Assembly: GCA_040285825.1 (NCBI GenBank)
Contig: JAUPSS010000004.1
Coordinates: 1,840,550 to 1,904,549, forward strand
DNA from: Eukaryota sp. TZLM1-RC
Taxonomy: Eukaryota; Protista; Metamonada: BaSk clade
Reading direction: 5' to 3'
Length of the DNA stretch: 64,000 bases
Below, piece after piece: positions 44,904 to 54,983 of this stretch. The notes beneath the pieces were generated by a model. It saw only the letters and a list, made by a program, of their open reading frames with translations. It was not told the origin of the DNA and did no database searches. The position numbers and the translations under genes were made by a program. Each line of letters opens with the position of its first letter. Position 1 is the first letter of the stretch.

Positions 44904-45410
44904 TAAATCCGAAATTGACAATCAATTACTGTTTTGATTGCACCTCTTCATCACTATTCGACTTTATTGACCTGTCTTTATCACTGGTTTTTCTGAAGTT
45001 TTGTTGAAACATTGTGTAAACATCGACAGACAGTTTGAATTACTGCAACAACTGCGAAATGCCATCTCGCTACTGCTCTCTCACCAGACAAGGTGAAATC
45101 AATGTAATATGTCAGGTGTCTATAACAGCACTTTCATTATCTATTGGTCATATTGGATGGTCATATTGGATGGCTATTTTCGGACCATCTCACAGTATAT
45201 TATTGTTAAACCACAGACCATTTCTTCCTATGACAACTAAATCTTATTTAATTTGAATCTCAAATTCTAGTAAAATTTTGCATAAACTGCACAGTATCAT
45301 ACTCTTCAAAAAACATATGAAATAAAATGAAATATTTGAATTCTGCAAAACAAACTTTATAATTTTAAAATTCAATTTAATTTTAAGCAACAGAAATATA
45401 ATACAAATTA

Positions 45411-48400
45411 TTACAATAATGAAGGTAAAACTTCCCGGGAAGTAGGTCTATCAGATATTCTAGAGGTTTCATAGATTGGATTACCAGTAAGCTCTGTAAG
45501 TCTACTTCTCAACTTACCAATTAACTCTCGTTGACTATTAACTGTTTGTTCCAACTTGGAACTCGACCTAGCTTCATCTTTGGCCTTTGCAACTTGCTTC
45601 TCACTTGTTAACTTGTTCCGCAACTCATCAATGGCTCTAATCAGTTCAAGGTTCTCAGTCACCAAACCAGAAAGAGTGTGGCGATGTTCTTCTTCCATGG
45701 AAGCAAGTTCTTTCTTCAAATCAAAAGCATCCCTTGTTAGTTTATTAATATGGCCTTTTTGTTGATCATGAACCAAATTTGAATTCTCTCTCCCTGAATC
45801 ATGACTGAGACCGGTGGTGTGGACTAATGGTTTGATTTCCTTAATAATAAACCTTTTAAGTGCCACGTCAGAGTGAGCTGTCTGGGAGGCCTTTGTAATG
45901 GCAGTCAGTAAACGTTCCTTTAAACGTTCCAGGTCCAAAAGTTCCACATAGGCTTTCTTGGCAGCTTTTTGAGTTTCGGCAAGTTCTTCCTTTGCTTTAG
46001 AGATGTCCAGTGCCATTGAATGATTAATCTTGTGGGATGAAGAGAGAGAATCAAACAGAGATTGAATTTTGACGGACAGCTGATGAATTTCTTTTAGCTT
46101 TGGATCAATCTGTCCTCTTAATTCACAGATTTGGTGATCCAAAACAAACTTCCATTTATCCAATTCTTGGTTATCAACCTTTAAGTCAAATATCTTTGCT
46201 TCTTTTTCTCCAATTACTCTATCTCTTTCCTTCATGCGGGCTATAGCAGCTCGTCTTTCTTGTTCAAGAGTGACTATTGTTGACTGAAGGCTTTCATCAT
46301 GACGTTGCATTGATTGAATATCGACAACCCTATCATCAACCCCTCTCTTAATCTGAGCAATCTTCTTGACCAACATTGCTCTTTCGGCTCTCAATCTGGT
46401 TAGCTTCTCCCTTTCTGCAGACAGTTGTTCAGAGAGACGGCTACGAAGACTGTTGAGCTCAGCCTCACCATCTTCTTGGCACTGCTTTAAACGTTCGTTG
46501 AAGGTTTGTTCATTTGAAGAAAGTTCTTCTGATAACTGTTCTAGTCTAAGCGATAGTTCTTTCAAATGCTGTGAATGTTCTTCTTGGTGTTTAAGTAATT
46601 CATCTGCCTGATCAGCTTCCAGTCTTTTTAATTCTTCCTCTGATGACGTGATGAGTTGCCTTTTTTCATTTTCAAGATTCTTAAGTTGATTGCTCCTTGA
46701 TTCTCGTACAATGGCATAGGAACTACGTATCTCATCAACTTCATGGGCTTGTGAATGGTCCAATTCGTCTAATTCAAGGGAATTGTTTTCTTTAAGTTCT
46801 TCTATTTTTTTGAGCAACTCCGAGTAAGATTTTCTTTTTTCACTAATTTGAGCAGTAAGACCTTGAGTCCTACTGGTCAACTTATTCAAAAAATCAACTG
46901 AAATTTGTCGAAGTTTAAAGTCTTGGTGAATGTTCATTTCGCCCAAAGTTCTATTCAATGCTTTGGGTTCCAGAACACAATTAGAAATAAACTCCACATC
47001 ACTGAGAACCATCGAGTCAAGACTGTTGATCTTGGAGACAGAAGTGTCATACATATGGGGTAGTGAAAATGACTTGAAATGACCATTCCTTGACATTGAA
47101 AGGATGTAATGAGAATTTGGGTTATTCAGCTGAACAATTGAAGAAACAGCTTGAGAATGTCCTTTTAAAGTACTAATAGGGTGATCAGCACCCCCTACTT
47201 CACTAGTGAAGTCACTACTAGAAGTATCTGATTGAATCAACTCGCCCAAAGTAAACACAAACACATACCCACTTTCAGTACCCAATACCACTCTGGAATC
47301 ACCATCAATTAATTCATTGATAGACATGGTGGTAAATGTATGGTCAGTGAATTCTAGGTGAGAAAGAAGAGTAAAGGAGGGAAATGTTGAAACAATAAGT
47401 GAATTCTTTTCCAGCAACAAAACTAAATTTGTTTCGTCTTCAAAATTGCTTTTAAATTTCTTGAATTTTTGAATTGTGCTGGACAATGCTCTTAAACAGG
47501 GTGGAGGTTTAACGAGTTCAATTGAAATTAATTCTAATTCCCCACCCTTGTTTAAGATTTTATTAACTGAGGTAGAGTTAGATGGAAAGAAATTACACCA
47601 ATTACTACTATTTTCAATTCCAGAAAGGTCCCAGGTTCTAATTAAATTATTTGAATGTAAGGACAATAAAAAAAGATCTGAATGGCCAAATTCAAAATCC
47701 AAAACTTTCCCTATTTGAGAGATTTCTTTATTATCTTCTGGTCTTTCAGGGACAAGTACAAAAACTTTATTGTCTTTTTTCCCAAAAACAGGGAAAAAAG
47801 ACAAAAAGATTGAACCATCTAATAAATCCCCAGGTAGCTGAACCTTTGCTTCAGAGAGGAATGCAGTAGAATGTCTGATTGAAGACAAACCGCAAGAACA
47901 AGCAAGATAATGACCTCTTTTCGAAAATTTGAGTAGTTTTGAAGGAATTGCTATAGGATCGGGGATGTTGATGCTATGAATTCCAAATAAAGAGGTTGGT
48001 CTCAGAATAACTTTTGTTGTGTTTTCTGCTGGCCAAGCGCAATAAAGACCAGTCGGATGGACAGCTGGTCTAACTGTGGAAGCATTGACTGTGGCATCAA
48101 CAGTGCGGTTGGAATCAATGGATCTAATGGCTTGGTCGAACAAGTGAAACATTGTTTTATGAGGGAGAGGGAAAAGATTTGAAAGTGACCAAGAAACCAA
48201 ATTTGACCCTAACACATGATAGAAATGATTGGTAAATGGTGATAAAGGGGAGGTTGGTGACGTCACCAATAGACCAGAATCATGTGACTTTGACCTATTA
48301 GAAACATCAAATGAATTTAGAACTGAGTTGATTCTAAAGGGTTTGGGCTTCTCAATCTTAGTGGCAACATTAGGGGTAGTGGCTAGTGATTTAATCATAA

Positions 48401-49499
48401 TAAGTGACGAGAAATCAGCAGTTTCCGAAAAGGAAGCCGAAACAATCAAATTTGATGAAGCATGTCTCAAATAATGGGGGTCAAGAGGAATGTCTTGATA
48501 TGAAAGATTGAGAATGCAGCAATCAAATATAATTGGTTTTGAATCGGAAGTTCGGCCAATCATCACGTCATCAACAGTTATTTTGTCGTCACTTGGATCA
48601 ATGTTCTCAGCAAAAGATGTTTCCGTCACAAAAAACACCTTCCTCAGTGACTCAACCGACTTTGAATTAATATCAAACACCAAAACCTCAACAAAAGGAT
48701 CTAATGATTCCGAGTTATTGATTAAATTTAATAGGTAAAACCCCTGCTCAGATATACAAGTAACATCAGAAAGTTTGTAGTTTGAATTGAGCATTATTTC
48801 CAGTAGATGGTCAATTCTACCATCAAAAGGGTTCATGATTGATAGCTTTCCCTCTGAAAGCAAGAGTATTTCAGTTGAGGTCGCTGACAAAAGATGAACA
48901 GAACCAGTATAGTCGAAAGAATGATTAACTTGACAAATTCTGAATTCCTTAAATTCAACTTGTTCTACAAGAAAACATTTCACTAAACTATTAGTTGTTA
49001 TTGATAAAACAAAAGCATTATCCATTTCAGCTTCAGATGGAACAGATGAACAGACACAAGAGTTGGGCTGGTCTAGGTCGAGGGGGAAGGCTTGAAGGAG
49101 GGAAGAAGAGGACCAATCATACAGTCCTAGGGTATTGTTGGACTGGAGTGTGATGATTAATGAAGTGGAGGGTGAAAGAGAGAGAAGAGAGAGATCTGGG
49201 CAAGAGATGGTTGCTTCAATGGTGGGGATAAAGTCTGTGGATCTTAGAGATATGGAAATAATGGTTATAGTGGGGTTAGAGTATAGCGCAAAAATATAGG
49301 AAGTAGGTGAAGAGGGCAGGAGATAGGTGTGGGTAACAGAGGATGCAGGAGGTAAGTCAAGTGGGAAAACATTCTGGTTATCAAAGGCTGTATTCGATAT
49401 TATAAGATCTGAATCAGAAAGGAATAGCACCTTGTCGGAGCCAATATTGTAAACATGTTTTGACGCGGATGTAGATGCCCCCAGGCAAAAGGATGGCAT
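45411..49499 (-). CDS. CFAP57: Cilia/flagella-associated protein 57 (WDR65)-like
   Basis: Beta-propeller N-terminal half ('AVHPTGLY', 'FSKRGHYLA'). Coiled-coil C-terminal half with 'ERDRVIGEKEAKIFDLK..NQELDKWKFVLDHQI.EL..QIDP'. Confidence 0.85.
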   Translation of the reverse strand: MPSFCLGASTSASKHVYNIGSDKVLFLSDSDLIISNTAFDNQNVFPLDLPPASSVTHTYLLPSSPTSYIFALYSNPTITIISISLRSTDFIPTIEATISCPDLSLLSLSPSTSLIITLQSNNTLGLYDWSSSSLLQAFPLDLDQPNSCVCSSVPSEAEMDNAFVLSITTNSLVKCFLVEQVEFKEFRICQVNHSFDYTGSVHLLSATSTEILLLSEGKLSIMNPFDGRIDHLLEIMLNSNYKLSDVTCISEQGFYLLNLINNSESLDPFVEVLVFDINSKSVESLRKVFFVTETSFAENIDPSDDKITVDDVMIGRTSDSKPIIFDCCILNLSYQDIPLDPHYLRHASSNLIVSASFSETADFSSLIMIKSLATTPNVATKIEKPKPFRINSVLNSFDVSNRSKSHDSGLLVTSPTSPLSPFTNHFYHVLGSNLVSWSLSNLFPLPHKTMFHLFDQAIRSIDSNRTVDATVNASTVRPAVHPTGLYCAWPAENTTKVILRPTSLFGIHSINIPDPIAIPSKLLKFSKRGHYLACSCGLSSIRHSTAFLSEAKVQLPGDLLDGSIFLSFFPVFGKKDNKVFVLVPERPEDNKEISQIGKVLDFEFGHSDLFLLSLHSNNLIRTWDLSGIENSSNWCNFFPSNSTSVNKILNKGGELELISIELVKPPPCLRALSSTIQKFKKFKSNFEDETNLVLLLEKNSLIVSTFPSFTLLSHLEFTDHTFTTMSINELIDGDSRVVLGTESGYVFVFTLGELIQSDTSSSDFTSEVGGADHPISTLKGHSQAVSSIVQLNNPNSHYILSMSRNGHFKSFSLPHMYDTSVSKINSLDSMVLSDVEFISNCVLEPKALNRTLGEMNIHQDFKLRQISVDFLNKLTSRTQGLTAQISEKRKSYSELLKKIEELKENNSLELDELDHSQAHEVDEIRSSYAIVRESRSNQLKNLENEKRQLITSSEEELKRLEADQADELLKHQEEHSQHLKELSLRLEQLSEELSSNEQTFNERLKQCQEDGEAELNSLRSRLSEQLSAEREKLTRLRAERAMLVKKIAQIKRGVDDRVVDIQSMQRHDESLQSTIVTLEQERRAAIARMKERDRVIGEKEAKIFDLKVDNQELDKWKFVLDHQICELRGQIDPKLKEIHQLSVKIQSLFDSLSSSHKINHSMALDISKAKEELAETQKAAKKAYVELLDLERLKERLLTAITKASQTAHSDVALKRFIIKEIKPLVHTTGLSHDSGRENSNLVHDQQKGHINKLTRDAFDLKKELASMEEEHRHTLSGLVTENLELIRAIDELRNKLTSEKQVAKAKDEARSSSKLEQTVNSQRELIGKLRSRLTELTGNPIYETSRISDRPTSREVLPSLL

Positions 49500-49543
49500 C
49501 TAAGTTGATGAAAATTAATAAAAATCATGAATCATTTACCCAA

Positions 49544-52500
49544 ATGCAATCCATCTCTGTTGTCTCTTCCCAAAACCAGTTCCCCAGATTCACTTTCTGT
49601 TCGTACTCTTTAATCAATGATTCTGTGTATCTCGTAACTGACGAAGGTAATGTTATTCAGTATTTCTTAGAGTCCAAGTATTTCATTCCTATAGTCTCTA
49701 ATGCTCCAATTGCGCCAATTGTTACCATCATCAACAATTCAACTCTCAATCAGGATATTCTGCTTCTTACAGACACGGTTCCTCTATGTGTATCTTCTTC
49801 CTTGACTCCATATCACACAACTCTTCCTTTCAAGCCCATCACTGCCTCCTCTTCTCCCACCGGATTCCACTTTGCAATTGCTGATGGAAACACCTTATCA
49901 ATTTTAGATTCGTCCTTCCAGCAACTTTACACATCGCCAATCACGTCACCAATCAAATTTGACTGGAGAAGTGATGGAAAGTACCTTTCTGTTGCTCAAT
50001 CATCTTCAATTTCCATCTTTCCATATCCTTTTACATCACCCATTCATCTTCCCCTCTCTTCACCATGCTGTTCATGGAGGCCAGCCGTTGGAATGCTCTC
50101 TGCCATTGTCGGTGATCAACTTCAGTTCTATGAACCTGGTGGTCAGTTTAGAAGGTCTCTAAAGTTAGATTGTTTCTCCAGTCCTCCAAAGTTTATTTGT
50201 TTTTCTTTGGATGGTGTAGTAATGATGGTTATTAGTGATGTTGAAGTTTGTTTTTATATGGAGGTTAATTTAAAATGGTATTTAAAAAAGAAGTTGTTAT
50301 TAAGAAATCAAACCTTTATTTTACCTTCAAGATTTAAATCTAATTTATTGTTAAGTAATGATTTTATTTACGAAACACTTCCTTATTTCAATCATTCAAT
50401 CACAAACATCAATCATCCGTGTGGTCAGTTAGTTTCCCAAAACGGAAACAGTCAACTATCAGTTTCCTTTTTCTGTTCCCTTCCACCTCCCCCAGTGTCA
50501 TCACTTGTAGTTGATCTTGATGGAACGCTTTTGACTAGTTACACATGCCCTTCTTCTGGTGATTTGTATGTGGTATTAGAGTCACATTTTAGTATTTCTT
50601 TGGTAGCATTCCATCTTATATCTCAGCGTAAACGAAGAAAGTTCTTGCATTCGTTTGAACAAAAGGAAGCTATTTGTATTGATCAATTGCAATCAAATTT
50701 GATTGATTTAGTCGTAAATCAAGTTTGTCTTTTACTAGTTGGAAATATTGTTTATCTTCTTGAAAATCTAAATCCAGAACATCTTGTCAAGGAGATTGTG
50801 TCCTTTTCTAGTCCAATTATCTTAACTCACGCTTATGGTGATGTCATAATGATTGCTTCGAAAAAGGAAGTTGTCGTAATCAGAGTCAATCAATCTGTTA
50901 TTGGCTCAATCGACAAGATTCCAGTTGAATCTGACCCTAGTTGCCTTTCTGATAACTGTCTGTCTACAGTCGATGGATCATTAATCACGTTTAATTTTGA
51001 TCCTTCGTTTAATTACAAAGTCTTTACGAAAATTTGTTGTGGAAGGGTCTGCGGTGTTGTTTCTAATGGAAATTTTGTCAGCTTCATTTCTCCATTGAAT
51101 ACTTTGGAAACCAGAGCATTGACTCACGTTGACTATGATGTTTCTGATTGTGCTCCAGGATTGTTTTCTCGATCAATTGATGTTTCTGCACAGTTAATAA
51201 CTGTTGACCCTAATCAAATTGATATCATTTTTACCAGTCCTTATGGAAATACTACACGTGTTCGTCCTTTAATTCTAACTTTAATTCAATGTAATGATTT
51301 AATTCAAAAAGAAAGTTCTGTTTTTGATGAGCTAGTAAGTGGTCTTTTATTTGGACAGAGGGTCCGTCTGGACTTGAATTTTGTAATTGATCTCTATTCG
51401 GAAACAGTCAGTAATCATGTCAGTCAATTGATTACTGATTACCCCCAATTATGGACTTTTACTCTTGAAACTTTGAGAAACAGTAATTCATTTGAAGAAA
51501 ATGAAGCATTTTATGGTTGTTTGAACCTATTTACCCAAGAACTTCATGATTCAAGATTTTGGTCAACAAAAGTATTTCATTTTGCATCAAAGTCTCTAGA
51601 ATTCTTGGAAAGTCTTGATTATGGTGATCTTTTTGAGCGAATGACTCTATTATTGACTGTTTGTAAGTTGTTGAAAACAGACTATTATCTTCCACTCAAA
51701 ACAATCAATCATTCAATCTGCCAATCAAAGTCTCAATCAGTTTTGATTGATTCGTTTGTTTCCAGTTTTAAATTAGTCACTGGCTCAGATTCTGCTGACG
51801 TTTTGATTAACAATTGTTTTGAACTGCAACTGTTTGATTTAGCTGGATTGATTGCGGTTGCTTGTGGTCAAGATCCTCGAGTTTTTTCTGTGGAAATCAG
51901 TAGACTGTCCTCGATTGATTGTACAGAGTTGCGGTTGTTTGAAATTTTCAAGGTAACTGGCAAATCACTGATTGCAATCAATCATGCCATTGATTACCTC
52001 AACCAATCAGAAATGATCGACAAGTTTTTTGATGTAGATTTGTTTTTCAAGTACGTTTTGGATTGTGAGGCTGAATTGAAATTGTTTAGATTAAAATCAA
52101 ATGAATTAAAATCCAAGTTTGTTCCCAAATTGCTTGAAAAATACGAAATTAATCAAGATTTCATTTGCGTGTGTCTTTTCCATGGATTACCCCAAATTTG
52201 TCAAGAGCTTTTAATCAAAATTGGTGATTGGAAAACTGCAATCCTTCTAAGACCAGAACTTATGCTAAATGATGCCTTCTTGCAACAAATTCTTGAATTT
52301 GCAGGACCAATGGAATATGGAAGACTTTTGATTGAGCGATCTGTTGGAGAAGGTCACTTTAAACACATTATTGACACTGCTTTATCAGGGTCTAATCAGC
52401 TGAATCAATCAGATCTTATTGATTTGTTCAGGTGGAGCCGATTTCTTGACTATTCTTCTGATAAAATCAAATCTTTATTAATTGAAAAAACAACTGCTCA

Positions 52501-52930
52501 TTTTGATAGCAATTTAAAGTTAAATGTCAACAAAATTACCAGTTTAATCGACCGCATAAATAGAACAAGAGAGTTAATCAAAAGCGGTCTTCCGAAACAA
52601 CATTTAGAATCTAAAAGAAAGAACAAAAAGAAAGTTGATCCTAAGAATTCTTTAAGCAAATCATTTGAGAAATTAAAACCAATGTTGATTCAAGAGTCGC
52701 ATTTGAAACAATTCTTTTCCAATTTATTATTATTAGTCATTATAAATGAACATCAACTTGCCCTTCAACTATTTGAACATTTAAAGCTTAGTTTAAAATC
52801 AATCGAAAGCCTTTTCACCAATGAAATTGTTGAGTTGCTCGATGGAACCTTTGTTCTTAGTTTTAATTCTGTTTGTGAGATTTTTAGTAGTTATTATCCC
52901 CTAGTTTTCAAGTTGGCTTTTGATCAATAA
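49544..52930 (+). CDS. ELP1: Elongator complex subunit 1 (IKI3), divergent
   Basis: 'WRSDGKY', 'SWRP', 'FYEPGG', 'NLKWYLKK', 'PYGN', 'RLDLNF', 'QDPRVF'. Start placed at MQSIS to avoid overlap with CFAP57. Confidence 0.78.
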   Translation: MQSISVVSSQNQFPRFTFCSYSLINDSVYLVTDEGNVIQYFLESKYFIPIVSNAPIAPIVTIINNSTLNQDILLLTDTVPLCVSSSLTPYHTTLPFKPITASSSPTGFHFAIADGNTLSILDSSFQQLYTSPITSPIKFDWRSDGKYLSVAQSSSISIFPYPFTSPIHLPLSSPCCSWRPAVGMLSAIVGDQLQFYEPGGQFRRSLKLDCFSSPPKFICFSLDGVVMMVISDVEVCFYMEVNLKWYLKKKLLLRNQTFILPSRFKSNLLLSNDFIYETLPYFNHSITNINHPCGQLVSQNGNSQLSVSFFCSLPPPPVSSLVVDLDGTLLTSYTCPSSGDLYVVLESHFSISLVAFHLISQRKRRKFLHSFEQKEAICIDQLQSNLIDLVVNQVCLLLVGNIVYLLENLNPEHLVKEIVSFSSPIILTHAYGDVIMIASKKEVVVIRVNQSVIGSIDKIPVESDPSCLSDNCLSTVDGSLITFNFDPSFNYKVFTKICCGRVCGVVSNGNFVSFISPLNTLETRALTHVDYDVSDCAPGLFSRSIDVSAQLITVDPNQIDIIFTSPYGNTTRVRPLILTLIQCNDLIQKESSVFDELVSGLLFGQRVRLDLNFVIDLYSETVSNHVSQLITDYPQLWTFTLETLRNSNSFEENEAFYGCLNLFTQELHDSRFWSTKVFHFASKSLEFLESLDYGDLFERMTLLLTVCKLLKTDYYLPLKTINHSICQSKSQSVLIDSFVSSFKLVTGSDSADVLINNCFELQLFDLAGLIAVACGQDPRVFSVEISRLSSIDCTELRLFEIFKVTGKSLIAINHAIDYLNQSEMIDKFFDVDLFFKYVLDCEAELKLFRLKSNELKSKFVPKLLEKYEINQDFICVCLFHGLPQICQELLIKIGDWKTAILLRPELMLNDAFLQQILEFAGPMEYGRLLIERSVGEGHFKHIIDTALSGSNQLNQSDLIDLFRWSRFLDYSSDKIKSLLIEKTTAHFDSNLKLNVNKITSLIDRINRTRELIKSGLPKQHLESKRKNKKKVDPKNSLSKSFEKLKPMLIQESHLKQFFSNLLLLVIINEHQLALQLFEHLKLSLKSIESLFTNEIVELLDGTFVLSFNSVCEIFSSYYPLVFKLAFDQ

Positions 52931-52959
52931 ACCGAAGCATATTTTCTTGATATCTAGGA

Positions 52960-54012
52960 ATGTCACTCCCTCATACAGAAAAGGGCAAGCCAGCTCCCAT
53001 TAGAGATGAGCCTTCTTCTTCTGTAACACTTCCCCCTATGTCATCTTCTCGTATAAGGCGATCTATTGTTAGATTTGTCACCATCGTTATAGATTGTAGT
53101 TCTGCAGCACTTCTCAATGACATTAGACCTAACAGATTAGAAGTGTTTCGTTCATCACTCACAACATTCATTTCCCCTTTCCTTTCTGAAAATGCTCTTT
53201 CTCAAATTTGTCTGATAGCTATAAAGGACGGAAAAGCCATCAAAATAACAGACTTTACTTCAAACACTTCCGTACTCTCTTCGGCCATCTCAAGCAAACA
53301 ACTAGACGTTGGTATGGGTAACTTTTCCCTGCAGAATGGTCTTTCCCTTTCAGCTGAACTTTTACAACCCTTGCCCACTTATGCTTCCAAAGAGGTTCTT
53401 GTCCTTTGTTCCAGTATCTCAACAGTTGATCCTTCAGACTTGTTGACCACGGCTAAGCAGCTAGCTGAATCAAGTATTAGAGTCTTTATGTTTAGTCTTG
53501 GAGCTTCTGTTTTTGCTTTTGAAAAGGTCTGTTCTGATACGAAAGGCAGATTTGAGGTGATTCAGTCTGTCAATCAGCTACCTAAACTATTGTCTGAGTT
53601 AATAACCCCACCCCCATCACTAACGTCATCAATCAATCACATTATGATTGGGTTTCCCAGTCGGAAAGAACCAACTTTTTGCCAAAACAGCATCTCATCA
53701 CCTTTGCAACTAGTCTCTTATGAATGTCCTCAGTGCGTTTCAAAGGTGCCTTCCATCCCCTCTATATGCCCTGTATGCTCTCTCCATCTTGTAGCGTCCT
53801 CCAATCTTCTCCATGCCAACCACCATCTCTACGGAGGGAGGGAGTTTGTTGAGAGCATGGTTGGGGATGGAGAAGAGTGCAGTGGTTGTGGAATGGGTCT
53901 GATGGGAGCTTTCAAGTGCAAGGAATGTGAATCTAATTTTTGTTTAAAGTGTAAGGACTTCATAGTCACTCAATTGTTTAATTGCCCTGATTGCTCAACT
54001 TTAAAAAACTAA
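52960..54012 (+). CDS. GTF2H2: TFIIH p44 subunit
   Basis: vWA domain 'IVIDCS...DIRPNR', 'FSLQNGL', 'IGFP', C4 and C-terminal Zn fingers. Confidence 0.92.
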   Translation: MSLPHTEKGKPAPIRDEPSSSVTLPPMSSSRIRRSIVRFVTIVIDCSSAALLNDIRPNRLEVFRSSLTTFISPFLSENALSQICLIAIKDGKAIKITDFTSNTSVLSSAISSKQLDVGMGNFSLQNGLSLSAELLQPLPTYASKEVLVLCSSISTVDPSDLLTTAKQLAESSIRVFMFSLGASVFAFEKVCSDTKGRFEVIQSVNQLPKLLSELITPPPSLTSSINHIMIGFPSRKEPTFCQNSISSPLQLVSYECPQCVSKVPSIPSICPVCSLHLVASSNLLHANHHLYGGREFVESMVGDGEECSGCGMGLMGAFKCKECESNFCLKCKDFIVTQLFNCPDCSTLKN

Positions 54013-54019
54013 AATATTA

Positions 54020-54883
54020 TTAATCATTTTCATTTATCAAAGCATTTACAAAACCACAAAACTCCTCATAATATCCGGCCCTTCGCCAGGTTTCATTATG
54101 AGTACCCAACTCAATCCTAGCCAAATGCTTTCTCTTTGAATTGATTGCTGAATCAAAGAGTACTTGACTGTGGCTTGAAGGGATTAGCTCATCACCACTA
54201 CCACTAATGATCAGCAAAGGAACGAAGACATCTTTGATATGCTGCGAGGATGGAAAATGACACCGAAGCGCACATTTGGGTATAAGTCTGGCAGTGTTTG
54301 GTGATAAAACATCTGGTAAAAGATCATAAATACTAGAAAACGAATTCTCAACAATTAAACCTTTTACAACAGGACAATGTTTACTACAGTAAATGGAGAC
54401 TGCGCCCCCCAAGGATCTTCCGAATAAAAAGATACGACTACTGTCCACCTTTTCATTTGCCATTAGCCAGTCTATAACAGCCATCCCATCATCATAAACA
54501 CCCTGCTCTGAAGGAACACCGTTAGACTTACCATAACCGCGATAGTCAAAGAGAAGGATGGACACGTTGCGGTTGAAACGCTTGTAAAGTTCACAAATGC
54601 TGATGGTACGACTGGCAATGTTACCAGCGTTACCATGGAAAAAACAAATAACCGGAGCAGGGGTAGATGAACACTGAACAGCGGGAAGAAACCAGGAATG
54701 AAGTAGGATGTTTGTTTTGGGGACGGGAATCATATGTTCGGTGTAAGGCACTCCTAAAAGCGATGGATTATTCTCAATAGGACACACATTGGCGAATTTG
54801 GGCAAGAATATGACCTTGGATTGAAGAGTGTATACCGCTGTTGCTACGGAAGCAGTTGTTATACCCAGTATTAACGGTATCAT
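54020..54883 (-). CDS. ABHD13: ABHD13/Bem46-like alpha/beta hydrolase
   Basis: 'FHGNAGNI', 'DYRGYGKS', 'GRSLGGAV', 'DELIP', 'HNETW'; N-terminal anchor. Confidence 0.88.
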   Translation of the reverse strand: MIPLILGITTASVATAVYTLQSKVIFLPKFANVCPIENNPSLLGVPYTEHMIPVPKTNILLHSWFLPAVQCSSTPAPVICFFHGNAGNIASRTISICELYKRFNRNVSILLFDYRGYGKSNGVPSEQGVYDDGMAVIDWLMANEKVDSSRIFLFGRSLGGAVSIYCSKHCPVVKGLIVENSFSSIYDLLPDVLSPNTARLIPKCALRCHFPSSQHIKDVFVPLLIISGSGDELIPSSHSQVLFDSAINSKRKHLARIELGTHNETWRRAGYYEEFCGFVNALINEND

Positions 54884-54974
54884 TGTTGAAGATGATGTCT
54901 ATAACAATGAAATAAGTGTCCTTTTTAGACAGATGTAGAGGGACTGAGTTTTTGAGAAGTGGAAGATTTTCTCC
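54884..54974 (-). repeat. Cassette copy C upstream of the ABHD13 ATG
   Basis: Reverse complement: GGAGAAAATCTTCCACTTCTCAAAAACTCAGTCCCTCTACATCTGTCTAAAAAGGACACTTATTTCATTGTTATAGACATCATCTTCAACA-ATG. Confidence 0.9.
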
Positions 54975-54983
54975 TTTTTTATC

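Noticed and set aside
45110-45135. TGTTATAGACA match (minus strand) as a fifth cassette copy
   Set aside because: Only 11 nt match, and there is no convincing ATG at the conserved spacing.
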